A stretch of DNA of 63,869 bases, filler included, from Octopus bimaculoides (Eukaryota), in assembly GCF_001194135.2 (NCBI RefSeq). It is 7 parts of 6 records of this genome, joined end to end, with 100 filler letters (N's around TTAATTAATTAA, not from the genome) between each part and the next. Parts side by side here need not be neighbours in the genome. Positions count along the whole stretch, not along the records: positions 25,900 to 35,857 come from NC_068982.1; positions 35,958 to 53,930 come from NC_068986.1; 5 more parts are not named here. One strand, given 5' to 3'. Position 1 is the stretch's first letter, and each line of letters begins with the position of its first letter. Shown here piece after piece: positions 26,666 to 38,630 of this stretch. Under the pieces are notes generated by a model. The model was not told the DNA's origin. It worked only from the letters and a program-made list of their open reading frames with translations, and ran no database searches. The position numbers and the translations under genes were made by a program.

Positions 26666-26918
26666 NNNNNNNNNNNNNNNNNNNNNNNNNNNNNNNNNNN
26701 NNNNNNNNNNNNNNNNNNNNNNNNNNNNNNNNNNNNNNNNNNNNNNNNNNNNNNNNNNNNNNNNNNNNNNNNNNNNNNNNNNNNNNNNNNNNNNNNNNNN
26801 NNNNNNNNNNNNNNNNNNNNNNNNNNNNNNNNNNNNNNNNNNNNNNNNNNNNNNNNNNNNNNNNNNNNNNNNNNNNNNNNNNNNNNNNNNNNNNNNNNNN
26901 NNNNNNNNNNNNNNNNNN

Positions 26919-26962
<44 letters not shown>

Positions 26963-28307
26963 TATTTGACTACCTATAATATCAACTGGGAACAGCTGTA
27001 ATCCAAATTTGTACTAGTAAAGGAAATAAATGTAATGAGCATTATTTATATCTTGTCTCATATATCACTCTGTGTAAAAAAAAAAACATTTAGTCTGGAG
27101 CCCAGCCATGGATTTACAATATAGACTTATGATGAACCATAACCTTGAATCCTGCAATAAGGTTACTTGTAATTCTTCACTAATCTAAACAGTATTGTTA
27201 GCCCGGTGTGCCAACAGAGAGCTTATGAAATATTTTGCCCGGATTGATAATCCCCCACTATTAGCTTAATGTATGTATGTATGTATGTATGTATGTATGT
27301 ATGTATGTATGTATGAGTGTGTGTGTGTGTGTATGTGTGTGTGTATCTTGATCGGCTGTCTGCTGATTCTGTTGTCCACAACTACTTCAGAGCAGTTAAG
27401 TACAATTAGACAATTCTCAACTGGTCAAGTTTACGTCGTAGCGTCAATTCACGCTTGAAGTTACGTTATTTTATCTTATCCCTCAGAATGTATGTAAAAT
27501 AACCAAAAAATTCAAACATTTATACTAAAAGAAACTAAATTTATTTTCAATAATATACTAGATTTAATCCAGCATTTACTTTCGGCAAAATACCACTGTA
27601 AAGCTGATAGGGTTCAGTAATGTAAATACCACTGTAGAGATGAGCACAACATTTGTGTACAGAATTTTTTTTATTTTGACTTCAATTCAAGAAAAATTTC
27701 TGAACGTGCTAGTTTTTATGTTATCTTGCGTGTCTTACAACATTGAGACACCAGTAAAGGAAGACACGAAGACAATTAATGATTGGTCGCCTGCTTGGAT
27801 AATGTGTACATGCAGATGTGATAATAATAAAAATAGAAGCAATTCTTAAAGAAGATATCAAAAGAAGAGAACACTTTTTCTTTGATTCTTTTCCTCTTTC
27901 ATTTATTTCCTTTCTTTTTACACACACTCTCTCTCTTTTTTTAAATAATTCATTGGTTATTATTCACATTCACCTTTCATCTATACATCTTCACACTTCC
28001 TCTTTTTTATCATCTTTCATCATTTATCCTACCTTTGCATGCATCCTGCTGCATACTTCTTTTCTTGTTCCTTAACAAAGGAGGATATTATTTGGTCTCG
28101 CGTTTTGAATTCAAACCCTGCTTGAAGCAATTTTGGTCTTCTTACAAGCGTCAACTCATACAAGTATACACTTATTCATAATATTATTAATCTTTGTGTA
28201 AACAATAAGGATATTTAACCTACTTGCAAGTATTTAAAGACAGTGGGGTCAGAATTAATAGAGTACCAGAGTAATAACATGCATTATTACAAAGTCCTTC
28301 GAAGATG

Positions 28308-28955
28308 TCAAGCTGGCAGAATCGTTAGCACGCCAGTCAAAGTGCTTTCTAGCACTTCACTCGTATTTACGTTCAAAGTCCGCTGAGGTTGACTTTACAT
28401 TTTATCCTTTCGGGAATCGATGAAATAAATACTAGTAATGTAATCGGCTATCCTCTTAAACATAATTTCAGGCCTTGTGCCTATAGTAGAAAAGGTAATT
28501 ACAGAATTCTTCAAGGCAGCGACCCAGCAGAATCGTTAGCACACCGGGCAAAATATTTTGGGGCGTTTCATCCACCTTTACGTTCTGAGTTCAAAATTCC
28601 GTCGAGGTTAACTTTATTTTTCATCCTTTCAAGTCGTTAAAATAAGTACCAGTCAAGTATTGCGGTCTATGTAATCGACTTCTTCCTTTCCTCAAACACT
28701 GCTGGCCTTGCGCCAAAATTTGAAACTATTATTGTAGAATACTTTGAAGTCGGTGACTTGACAAAATCGTTAGCATGCTTAGTAGTATTACGCCCATCTT
28801 CACGCTCTCAGTTCAAATTCCGATGAGATCGACTTTACCTTTCATCCTTTCAGGGTTGATACAATAAGTACCAGTTGAATGCAGGTATCGATGTGATCGA
28901 CTTATCCGCTTCCCCGAAATTGCCGGCCTTGTGACAAAATTTGAAAATCATTATT
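28308..28955 (+). mobile_element. Three head-to-tail SINE family A copies
   Basis: Three successive (G/C)AGAATCGTTAGCA or AAAATCGTTAGCA heads at about 28317, 28528 and 28762, each followed by the family body. Confidence 0.85.
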
Positions 28956-29786
28956 ATTGAATTCCTTTACACTTTTCATATTCAAATACCACTAGCGTCG
29001 AGTTTTCTCTCATCACTTCGAGATCGACATAATAACCAGCGATGAATGATCAATGCACTCGATTAAACCTGTAAGGGTTATATAAAATTTAAGATTGGTA
29101 TAAACTATTTTATCCTTTGTCAATTCATTTTAATACATGTCCAACTGCCACACGCAGCCTTACCCAATCTTATAACTAATTACAATCACACCTACAACCG
29201 TTACATATGGTGACTCCAGCGTTCTACTTATAATAGGCGATTCCTGTGGATTACGCAGTCCAGATTCAAATAAATTTGCAAGCAGTTTTCCAATAGAACA
29301 AATCATTACAATTCCCTATTTAACCGTGGGGTTAATAAAAAGTGTTAACAACTTACTGAGAGAGGACTAATTTACTTAACGATATACCTCTATTAAAATG
29401 TGTGACCTAATTTCTAAAGATATAAGACATTGTTTTATAAGTTAGCCAGTTGATGGTGTCTTGATGTTATGTTGTCGCTCTTTAGTTGAAAAACAGGAAA
29501 TTGCTCCTTCTTAGACTTGCCATTTCCTCTTGCGGTTATTTGCTTAGTTAATAATTCAGATCAGCAACTCAGCAAATGAGAGATGTGTAGTTATATCTAT
29601 AGTAACTTTTCTTCGTCTATCGAGTCTTTATAGACATAAGTTGATGTATTAGTAACATTAACCATGTAGAATGTTTAAAAGATCTCATAATCGGCCATGT
29701 AAAGGAAAGCTGTTCTCGGAGGCAATTTCCATCAGCATGTACATGATAATGATGATGATGATTATCCTCCTGCTCATCAGTATCAA

Positions 29787-29918
29787 TTCTTCTTCTTCTT
29801 CTTCTTCTTCTTCTTCTTCTTCTTCTTCTTCTTCTTCTTCTTCTTCTTCTTCTTCTTCTTCTTCTTCTTCTTCTTCTTCTTCTTCTTCTTCTTCTTCTTC
29901 TTCTTCTTCTTCTTCTTC
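29787..29918. repeat. (TTC)n microsatellite
   Basis: Direct reading. Confidence 0.98.
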
Positions 29919-30579
29919 TCCTCATCATCATAATTATTATTATTATTATTCTCAGATATTAAAAGTATATAGTTTAGACCACTTTATATATCTATTTATA
30001 AAACTTAATATACAAAATGCTGTGCCACATTTCCAACTCATTTGTTCTGTAGCTGTGATTAGAGAGATGAAAAATTAGATAGATACATATAATGTAGGGA
30101 AAGGTCAGCATCTGAGACGTACGTTTCAGGTGGTTTCCTTAAATACCTGAAATTTGGCTCACAGTCTACACTTCGTGTTTTTTTTCTGGGAGGTATTTTC
30201 TCACAAAATGAAAAATCTTAAAGTCAAATCTGTAGAATGCATGTGTTGTACGGGAGCAAATATCATCTATCATATCAAGTTGGGATTGTGACCAAACCTT
30301 GAGGTCTGATCACAATCCCAACTTGAAGACGTGCACGAAACACCGCTTATTCTTAATGTATCATAAGCACAGACTATAAACTAAATAAGGGAGAAAAAAA
30401 TACTGGTGGAAACTATGTTCATAAGGAAAGCAAATTTAGTTTATTTCCTTCTTGAACGGCAGATGGTACTAAATTAAAGTTTTGATTTAAATTTTCAAAA
30501 GAAATTATACATGTGCAACCAGATGGATGATAGTAGATATTTAAAATACATAAAGGAAGTTTAGAATGCATTCATATTG

Positions 30580-30945
30580 GGCTGAAGAAGGAAAATTGCT
30601 TGCTCATCTGTGATAGTATCAGGTCACCTTTTGAGGAGAGTCGTTGAAAATGTCTTATCAAAAACGTTGCGAGAGTGGTAATTCCTGGTGAATTGCGAGC
30701 AACAGACGTTGGTATCCATAAGATCTTTAAGAATATGATGAAAATGGAACGAGGATAAATGATGGAGAAAATCATATACGGAAGAAAGCAGTACGGAAGT
30801 TCACTCACAGGCTCTGATCTGTGAATGCTACGTTAATTCATGGAAAGAAATAAAAGCTGATGTTAATGGTAAATAATTCAAGAAATTTGGAATTTCGAAT
30901 GCATTGGGCGGTAAAGAAGGCGAATATCTGTGAGATATGAATTAT
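30580..30945 (+). mobile_element. Decayed pogo/Tigger-family transposase, DDE_1 C-terminal part
   Basis: LKKENCLLICDSIRS (cf. LLxxDSxxAH), VVIPGELRATDVGIHKIFK (cf. VIPGG..LQPLDVxINKPFK) and FKKFGISNALGGKEGEYL (cf. FKKCGISNALDGxEDxxL). Stops and frameshifts present. Confidence 0.75.
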
Positions 30946-31189
30946 CAGACAATGTGTAACCTATAATTACGAACAGCGGGGATGAAAGGGTCTGTACAAC
31001 ACTATTAATTCTGTGGATTAGAAAGGTTAATTTAGCATGGAAGATTATGAGCTGTGTGATTTTGTGGGATTTTAATGGACTTTTGAGTTTGAGATATTTA
31101 CGACATATCACGTAGTTTCGTGTGCATAAATAAAGCTTACGAACACACTTTCATTCACTAGATATTTTGTTGTAATATTTGTAACTTTA

Positions 31190-31410
31190 AAGGCGGCGAA
31201 CTGGTACAATCGTTAGCTGGTACAATCGTTACACTGGGCAAAACACCTAGCGGCATTTCGCCTGTCTTTACGTTCTGAGTTTAAATTACGCCGAGGTCAA
31301 CGTTGCCTTTCATCCGGGTCGATAAAATATGTACCAGTTGAGTACAGGGTTCAATTTAAACGACTTTCTCCTCCCTCGACATTGCTGGCCTTGTGCCAAA
31401 ATTTAAAATC
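31190..31410 (+). mobile_element. SINE family A copy with a small internal head duplication
   Basis: AAAGGCGGCGAACTGGTACAATCGTTAGCTGGTACAATCGTTA followed by the family body. Confidence 0.85.
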
Positions 31411-31544
31411 ATTATTACAGAATTCTTTAAACTGCATTGCATTTCCTAATTCGGAGCAAAGATTGGCATTGAAATATAGTATTATGATAAGTAGGATTCA
31501 ACAAGGATAGCCTGTCAATAGGTAAAATAACAAGTGTAAATATT

Positions 31545-31721
31545 CTTTTCTACTCTAGGCACAAAGCCCAACATTTTTGGGGAGGGGGCCAGTCGATTAG
31601 ATCGACCATATTACGCAACTGGTACTTAATTTATCGACACCGAAAGGATGAAAGGTAAAGTCAACCTCGACGTAAGTTGAACTCAGAACGTAAAGAGAGA
31701 CGAAATACCGCTAAGCATTTC
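31545..31721 (-). mobile_element. 5'-truncated SINE A copy with 16 bp target-site duplication
   Basis: AACAAGTGTAAATATT at 31529-31544 and 31722-31737. Confidence 0.9.
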
Positions 31722-32097
31722 AACAAGTGTAAATATTGTAAGATCTCTAGGACCATATTTAGTTGGTTTGTTTCGTACTGAATAATTAAGGAGGTGGATG
31801 AGCAGTCATTAGAGTTTCAGACTGAATACCACATGGTATTTGTTCTGATTTTGAATGCATTGAGATTAAATCTCGCTGAGATCAAATCCCACCGAGATCA
31901 ACATTCAACAATACCTTTCATGTTTTCGGTAGTCGAGGAAAAAAATATCAACCAAGTGGGGTGGACTGTCGGAAATCTAAGCATGTTCTTTCCGACGCTC
32001 TAACGATCCTGCAAACTGAATGCTTTTTGTGCATGTGCGCGTGCGTGCGTGCGTGAGTGTGTGCGTGCGTGTGTATGTGTGTGTGTGAGTGTGTGAA

Positions 32098-32310
32098 TGA
32101 CAGCAATTTTGCATACGCACAAACAATTTTGAGGTCGAGAAGTCGATTATCTCGACCTCAGTAATCGAGTGGCTCTTATTTTATCAACTCTGAAAGGATA
32201 AAAGACAAAGTCGATCTCAACAGAATTTGAACCTTGAATATAAAGTCTGACGCAATTCCGCCGAGCATTATTTTTCGGCGTGCTAACTATTCTACCAACT
32301 TGCCGCCTTA
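32098..32310 (-). mobile_element. SINE family A copy (diverged)
   Basis: Ends with ...TTCTACCAACTTGCCGCCTT, the reverse complement of the family head. Confidence 0.75.
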
Positions 32311-32420
32311 GTGTAACCTTTTAATAAAGATATTTTTCTGTGTGTGGGAACCTTTCTTCGTTGTATTATTTTCGCCACACCTTGTCGTGAAACAAAGTCT
32401 AGATATGTTCACAATGACCC

Positions 32421-32480
32421 CAATGAAACAATTAGAAGCACAATGAAACAATTAGAAGCACAATGAAACAATTAGAAGCA
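32421..32480. repeat. Perfect 20 bp minisatellite x3 (CAATGAAACAATTAGAAGCA)
   Basis: Direct reading. Confidence 0.97.
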
Positions 32481-32863
32481 CAGCACAACTCATAATGTAG
32501 GTGAATTAACACACGTACAGGTAGACAGAAATAATTGCACGTATTAACAAGAGATCATCACCTGCTTTGAAGCGTTAATTTTCTGTTATTATTAATGAGT
32601 AATATTTAACAAAAGTAGAAACTAGCACCTTTAACAAACTTTTTACAAATGAACTTTCCAGTGTAGTTTTAGCCAATAACTCATATGTTTCGAAGATTGC
32701 CAATTTTATTACACTATTTTCATTTGTTTCAAACTATTATTGCCGCTGTGTTATTTTCAGTAATTCAGAAGATTACGTTATTTAACTTCGTCACTAAAAC
32801 TCACAGACATGGCGTGCAAATGTGTCTGTATGTCTACCTGTTTGTGTGCACGCGTGTGAGTGT

Positions 32864-32962
<99 letters not shown>

Positions 32963-33620
32963 TGTATGTATAGTATGTATGTACACCCTGCAGGATAACA
33001 AACAAAACCTGCCAAAGTGGAGGAACACAGGACTGTCGATGGTTATCCAGTGGCTGGGAGTCAAGAGAGCCTTTGCTCTTTGTTTAGACATATCTCTAAG
33101 GAAAGAAAAACTTTGATGTAACACTTGCAACTTCATTTGTGTACACTGTCACAGACCAGTAGTTCTCAACCGGGGTCGATATGGCCCTTGTGGGTTCATA
33201 TAAGATTCTGTAGTTAAAATTTATGTGCAATAAATTGCTTATACTTCTACAATACATGACATACTTTGATAACTTTTTAATACAATTCCTAATAATATGT
33301 AATTATATAAGTATTCTTTTACTTGTTCCAGTGATTTGACTGTGGCCATGCTGGAGCACGCCCTCAAAGGTTTTAGTCAAACAAATCGATCCCAAGACTT
33401 ATTTTTAGGCCAAGTACTTATTCTATCATACTCTTTTGCCGAACCGCTAGGTTACAGGAACATAAACACACCAACACCGGTTTTCAAGCGGTGACATGAA
33501 TACATATATATATATATTCTTATATGAGAAAAGCAAATGCAGAAATTAATATATAGACATCAATTAATTTGAACAAATTCCATTCATTATAATTTCAAAC
33601 TCTTTACACCNNNNNNNNNN

Positions 33621-33868
33621 AATCTCGCTTTATGAGACGCTAGCATATGTTAAATGCAAATTACAATAAACGTAAACAAACAAACGAAGTTTGCTTTTAG
33701 AAAGTTAAAGAAGTGATTTTAAATTCTCAATCGCTATAGTATTAGCATTATCCTGCGATTGAGAATTTAAAATCACTTCTTTAACTTTCTAAAAGCAAAC
33801 TTCGTTTGTTTGTTTACGTTTATTGTAATTTGCATTTAACATATGCTAGCGTCTCATAAAGCGAGATT
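33621..33868. repeat. Perfect 114 bp inverted repeat with 20 nt spacer
   Basis: 33621-33734 is the exact reverse complement of 33755-33868. It starts exactly at a contig edge after a 10-N gap. Confidence 0.9.
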
Positions 33869-33903
33869 TCTATAAATCTTAAATTTGCAGAAGAATCTGT
33901 TGT

Positions 33904-33981
33904 GGTGGAGTTTAGCTCAATCGGTCAGAGCACCGCGACGCGTAAACACGGAGGTGTGAGTTCGCGTCTCATGACTAACCA
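33904..33981 (+). tRNA. tRNA-like sequence (degenerate, Thr(CGT)-like anticodon loop); pseudogene or element-borne Pol III module
   Basis: D arm GCTC-AATCGGTCA-GAGC, T arm GTGAG-TTCGCGT-CTCAT, anticodon loop CGCGTAA. Acceptor and anticodon stems are imperfect; U33 and A58 are not conserved. T6 run at 33989-33994 and TATAAAT at 33871-33877. Confidence 0.55.
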
Positions 33982-34110
33982 TCTACACTTTTTTCTGCAA
34001 CATAGGGATAATTAATCCTGTTCAGGTTATATTATTAGCATTATCCTGCGATTGAGAATTTAAAATCACTTCTTTAACTTTCTAAAATAAAATTAATTTA
34101 AATTTTCATA

Positions 34111-34482
34111 TTGAATATCGTAAATTGGGTATTTCGTCAGAGGAGAGAATTTGTTAGAAAGGAGCTACATTCCAACGTGTTGCTTGACATAAAAAAATGC
34201 ATCTCAAATCACATTTACACCTTTAATAATAGAAACAAATCATCCTGTACCAGCCTAAGTGAATCTATTTTGGAATTAAAAGACAAGAATAAAAGCTTTT
34301 CTGCAGAGTGGGAGATCGTAAGCCAGGTTAGTGCCTATAAAGTTGGAAACCCCTTTTGTTTTCTCTGTATGGGGGAACATTTTCAAATCTGATATTCAAG
34401 GTGTCGGCTCCTGAAGGAGAAGAGGGAGACTGGTTTTTCATGTGTTCACACCCGTAAATATGTTTTCAGAAACTACCATTAG
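34111..34482 (+). mobile_element. Penelope-like GIY-YIG endonuclease C-terminal half (one in-frame stop)
   Basis: ISNHIYTFNNRNKSSCTSLSESILELKDKNKSFSAEWEIVSQVSAYKVGNPFCFLCMGEHFQI*YSRCRLLKEKGETGFSCVHTRKY matches NHxxSF..T.LS..IW.LK..W.I..Y..C.LC..EK..LN.R.E..C.H. Confidence 0.8.
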
Positions 34483-35100
34483 ATGTAATTTAAAGAATAA
34501 ATTAGGTATAATTGTAAGGCTGCTGGAACTTGAATCGGGTGGTTTCTCACGATTAAGATGCCTACATCTCTAACAAAAACAATTAAATAACTCTTAATAG
34601 ATATCGTATTAATATCAACGTATAAATTAATTGGTTAATATGAATATAAGGTTTTATGTACAGGTAACAGTAGTATATATTATATATAGTTTTCCAAAAC
34701 TTTAGTTTAGGCACGCACCTCGAGAATATATGATTACTAGCTTATGAATGGTTATTTTAATTTAAGTTACAGATACAATGTATAAATTAAATATTGGTTT
34801 TAACTTTATTAATTTCTTAATTTGATTTGTTAATATTTATGTTTTCCTCGATTAGATCGTTCATTTCTTTTCTCACTGTTGTGCATTGTGCACTAATATC
34901 GATGACGTATTATTCAACTATGGTATTCAGCAAGCAGTTTCGTAGCTTTCAGTATTTCCTTTTTCTCAAATAACAATATTTATATACGCTTATCCATCTA
35001 TGTGAAACTAACATCTTTGGATTTTCACTGAAGCACTGGATATAACCGGGGAACTTGGATGGTACATGCGCTTAAGAGGATTCGTCATTCTTCATGTAAT

Positions 35101-35160
<60 letters not shown>

Positions 35161-35822
35161 TGCGCGTATGTGTGTATGTGTGTGCGTGCGTGTATGTGTG
35201 AATACGACGAGCTTCTTTCAGTTTCCGTCTATCAAATCTACTCACAAGGCTTTGGTCGGCCCAAGGAGAAGATACTTGCTCAAGGTGTCACGTAATGGAA
35301 CTGAACCCAGAACAATGAGGTTGAAAAGTAAGCTTCTTACCACACGGCTACGTCTGCGCCTAGTGTGATAGGATCTTTTTGAATATCGAATGTCTAGGGG
35401 GTGGGCAATAGGAATCAAAGTGGTTCATAGGCAAAAAATAGTTGAGAACTACTAATATAGACTATTTTGTTTCTTTTTGGGCAAATTCATGAATTGTTTA
35501 GAGAATAGGATTGGCTTTATGCAAGGCCTTTTCTCACTTTCAAATGTTTCGGGTATCGCTTGATTTTAACATCTTTATTATATGTTATATACTACGGACG
35601 GCCGTATCCGAGAAAGGCAAAACACTTGAAAAATTCCATGACGGAATGAATACTTGTGTCAGGGTGGATGAACACCTGCTGCAAGAGGTTTCCATCATCG
35701 TCACATTTGTGACAAAAAATTAAGTCTCTAGCAGTGGTGAAAAACCTTATCCGTGCTGCTCATGTTTAACAAAACATTCAAGTGATAGTATTGTTCGAAA
35801 TCTAGTTGTCAGCATCACCCCC

Positions 35823-35857
<35 letters not shown>

Positions 35858-36148
35858 NNNNNNNNNNNNNNNNNNNNNNNNNNNNNNNNNNNNNNNNNNN
35901 NTTAATTAATTAANNNNNNNNNNNNNNNNNNNNNNNNNNNNNNNNNNNNNNNNNNNNATGTATGTATAAAGAAAGCGTCGGGGATTGACAGAGTCAATAC
36001 ACATTCGCATAATACGTCTTTAAAAACTCAAACAGCTTAAAAAAAAACATTTCGATTGATAAATAGAAATTGGTGGGTTACAGAGACATTACTAACTGCA
36101 CCATTAGTATTTACAATATATATGTATATGTCTGACATTTATGTTTAT

Positions 36149-36199
<51 letters not shown>

Positions 36200-36416
36200 T
36201 AGATATATAGGCGTGCGCGTATGTGCATATATATATGCGTGCATGTGCCTGTGTGCATACGTATATACGTGTGTGTGTGTCTCTGTGCATGCGCGTGTGT
36301 GTTTGCATATATAAGATGTATATGTAATATATAACTATATAAAGATGTATTTAAATGTATATACACACTCAGTAAAAATGACAGCCTCGCTGGTGATGAC
36401 GATGAAGATGATGCTG

Positions 36417-36553
<137 letters not shown>

Positions 36554-36862
36554 TGCAATGGCAAAGAGAAAAAATATGCGTATAAATATATAAAGAAATG
36601 AAATTTGTCACCCTCTCTACCTTCTGTATTTTTTTTTCCCTTTCCCCTCTCTACCGGAAATGGTTTCGTGAATTTTTACAGATCCTCCATTAAAATATCT
36701 TTTTTCAACTTAAGCTTGCAAGAGAAACAATTGTAGATGAAGCAGCCATCTTGCATTCGTGTTTTTATTACAATATTTTCCTGACTTTTTGTTTCATTAC
36801 TTTTGGGAAGCTTGTGTTTGAGCGAATTTGTACGTTTGTGCATGCGTTTGCGTATGAAGCGA

Positions 36863-36897
<35 letters not shown>

Positions 36898-37546
36898 CGA
36901 GAAAGACCGAGAGAGGGAAAGAGAGAAAGAAAGAGAGGGAGTAAGAGACTTTCTTTTGCACTTTTTCAAGTGTTTGTATTTATTTTTTAATAAATTTCCC
37001 TTTTATTTTACTGCAGTTTTCTGGATAGTTTTTTTTTAATTTTAATTTTCTTTAAAAATATGTTGGAATATTACGTATTTTACCTCTATATGTATGTATG
37101 TGACCGTACGTGCATGTTAATAGCATAAATTATCTGTTGTATGTCTATTTTTATGACAGTCGTCCTTTTTTCCTTAAGCAGTTAAAATGTTTTCGGTTTA
37201 AAACGGATCTCAACGGAACCTAACGACAAGGCACGCAACTATAATATTTTGTATTGAAGTTGGCCCTTTTCAAAAAAAACAGAAGAAAGAAAGAAAATGT
37301 CATTATTGATATCTGCATAGCCCTTATAATTACTGTCATCAACTAGTATTTCATTACGCTCCCAAACGTTCTATGTTCGAGCCCTACTGGAATTAAGTTT
37401 CAATTTAATCCGTGTTCAAACGATTAAATATGTAGCAGTTAAATACTGGGTCGTTTAAATTGCACATCCGTTATAGATTTCTGTTCCCCCTCCTCCTTTT
37501 CCTCCTCCTCCTCCTCCTTCTTCTTCTTCTTCTTCTTCTTCTTCTT

Positions 37547-37577
<31 letters not shown>

Positions 37578-37970
37578 TTCTTCTTCTTCTTCTTCTTCTT
37601 CTTCTTCTTCTTCTTCTCCTCCCCCAAGTCAGCTCTCATCTAGCAAACCTATTATCAAAACGTAACAATTTCGTCGTTTTCTTTTCTTATTCTATTTCTC
37701 GTACACCAGGGACCACATTGATTAATGCATCCTTCTTCATTTCAAATGGTGGGATGTGATCTGAGGGAAATTTAACTGCTATTGCGAACACATCAATTTC
37801 TGTCAACGAAATTCCACCTCAAAAGAATAGGCCACACGTTACATTCCATTTGCTAACCTCGTACTACATACAAAGCTGGAGGTGCGTGGCTTTGTGGTTA
37901 GGGTATTCCACTAGTGATCGTAAGAATGTTGGTTCGATTTCAAGTGAAGACGATAAACGTTGCTCTAGTT

Positions 37971-38221
37971 CAGTGGTTTTCAATCAGGGTTCGTATGACA
38001 CTTAGAGGGTCCATATAAGATTTTAAAATTTATATGCAATAAACTGGTTATAATTCTACAATACACAAAATATTTAAGCAATATTTTTTTTATAGAATTC
38101 CTAATAATATTTAATTATAAAAATATGATTTTTTTAAATACTGAATTCTATGGGTGGGGTCCACCCAAGTAAAACCTGAAGCAAGGTTGTCCATTGCTAA
38201 AAAATGGTTCAATGAACCAGC
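37971..38221. mobile_element. hAT-like MITE (intact relative of the split copy)
   Basis: CAGTGGTTTTCAATCAGGG left end, decayed AAAAAATGGTT..AACCA right end, internal homology to 33157-33311 and 35361-35454. Confidence 0.65.
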
Positions 38222-38550
38222 AAAAATTCGGTAATCTTGCCAAAGAGCGGCCTCCCGCCTTGTAGGAGAATGTATACACCACAAAAACCGGTAAACCGGC
38301 CTTTTGAATCAATCTCTTGTGATCCTTACCAAAACAAAGAAGACAAAGTACGGCCGAACGGTTAAGAAATTCGCTTTACAACCATTAGATTCCGTGTTCA
38401 ATACCGCTACCTGGCGTCTTCGGCAAATGTCCTTTTTTCATATCCTGAGGTCAATTCAATTTCCCTCAAATGGAGACTATAGAAGATTGTACATTTGATT
38501 CAAACCGTACGACTTTTTCAGACACTGCATCACGCAATTTCTGCCTCAGA

Positions 38551-38630
38551 GTCACATGACTGGTCACGTGTCTGTAGAAAAAAAAACCCAGCCGCTTATA
38601 TATAAATTTAGGAGCAGGTAATTCACTTGA
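38551..38630 (+). promoter_or_regulatory. Candidate core promoter: paired E-boxes, TATA box and initiator-like motif
   Basis: GTCACATGAC (38551-38560), GGTCACGTG (38562-38570), TATATAAA (38599-38606) and TCACTT (38623-38628) in non-repetitive sequence. Motif match only. Confidence 0.25.

Larger units (their letters stand above)
33312..35360 (-). mobile_element. SINE family C split at its internal microsatellite (head 35201-35360, tail 33312-33495)
   Basis: Head and tail are on the same strand and in the same order as the intact copy at 49815-50228, but are separated by about 1.6 kb of Penelope-related sequence. Confidence 0.75.
33157..35454. mobile_element. hAT-like MITE split in two (33157-33311 and 35361-35454) by nested insertions
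   Basis: Terminal inverted repeats CAGTAGTTCTCAAC / GTTGAGAACTACTA. The two halves join colinearly with the intact relative at 37971-38221. Flanking 8-mers TCACAGAC / ATATAGAC match at 5 of 8 positions. Confidence 0.7.

Noticed and set aside
32421-32480. Perfect 20 bp x3 repeat
   Set aside because: An ordinary short tandem duplication with no spacers or associated features.
34390-34392. In-frame TGA in the GIY-YIG fragment as possible selenocysteine recoding (known in some Naiad PLEs)
   Set aside because: It falls at a position typically occupied by a hydrophobic residue rather than Cys, the element is truncated and diverged, and no SECIS was recognised. Simple nonsense decay is more likely.
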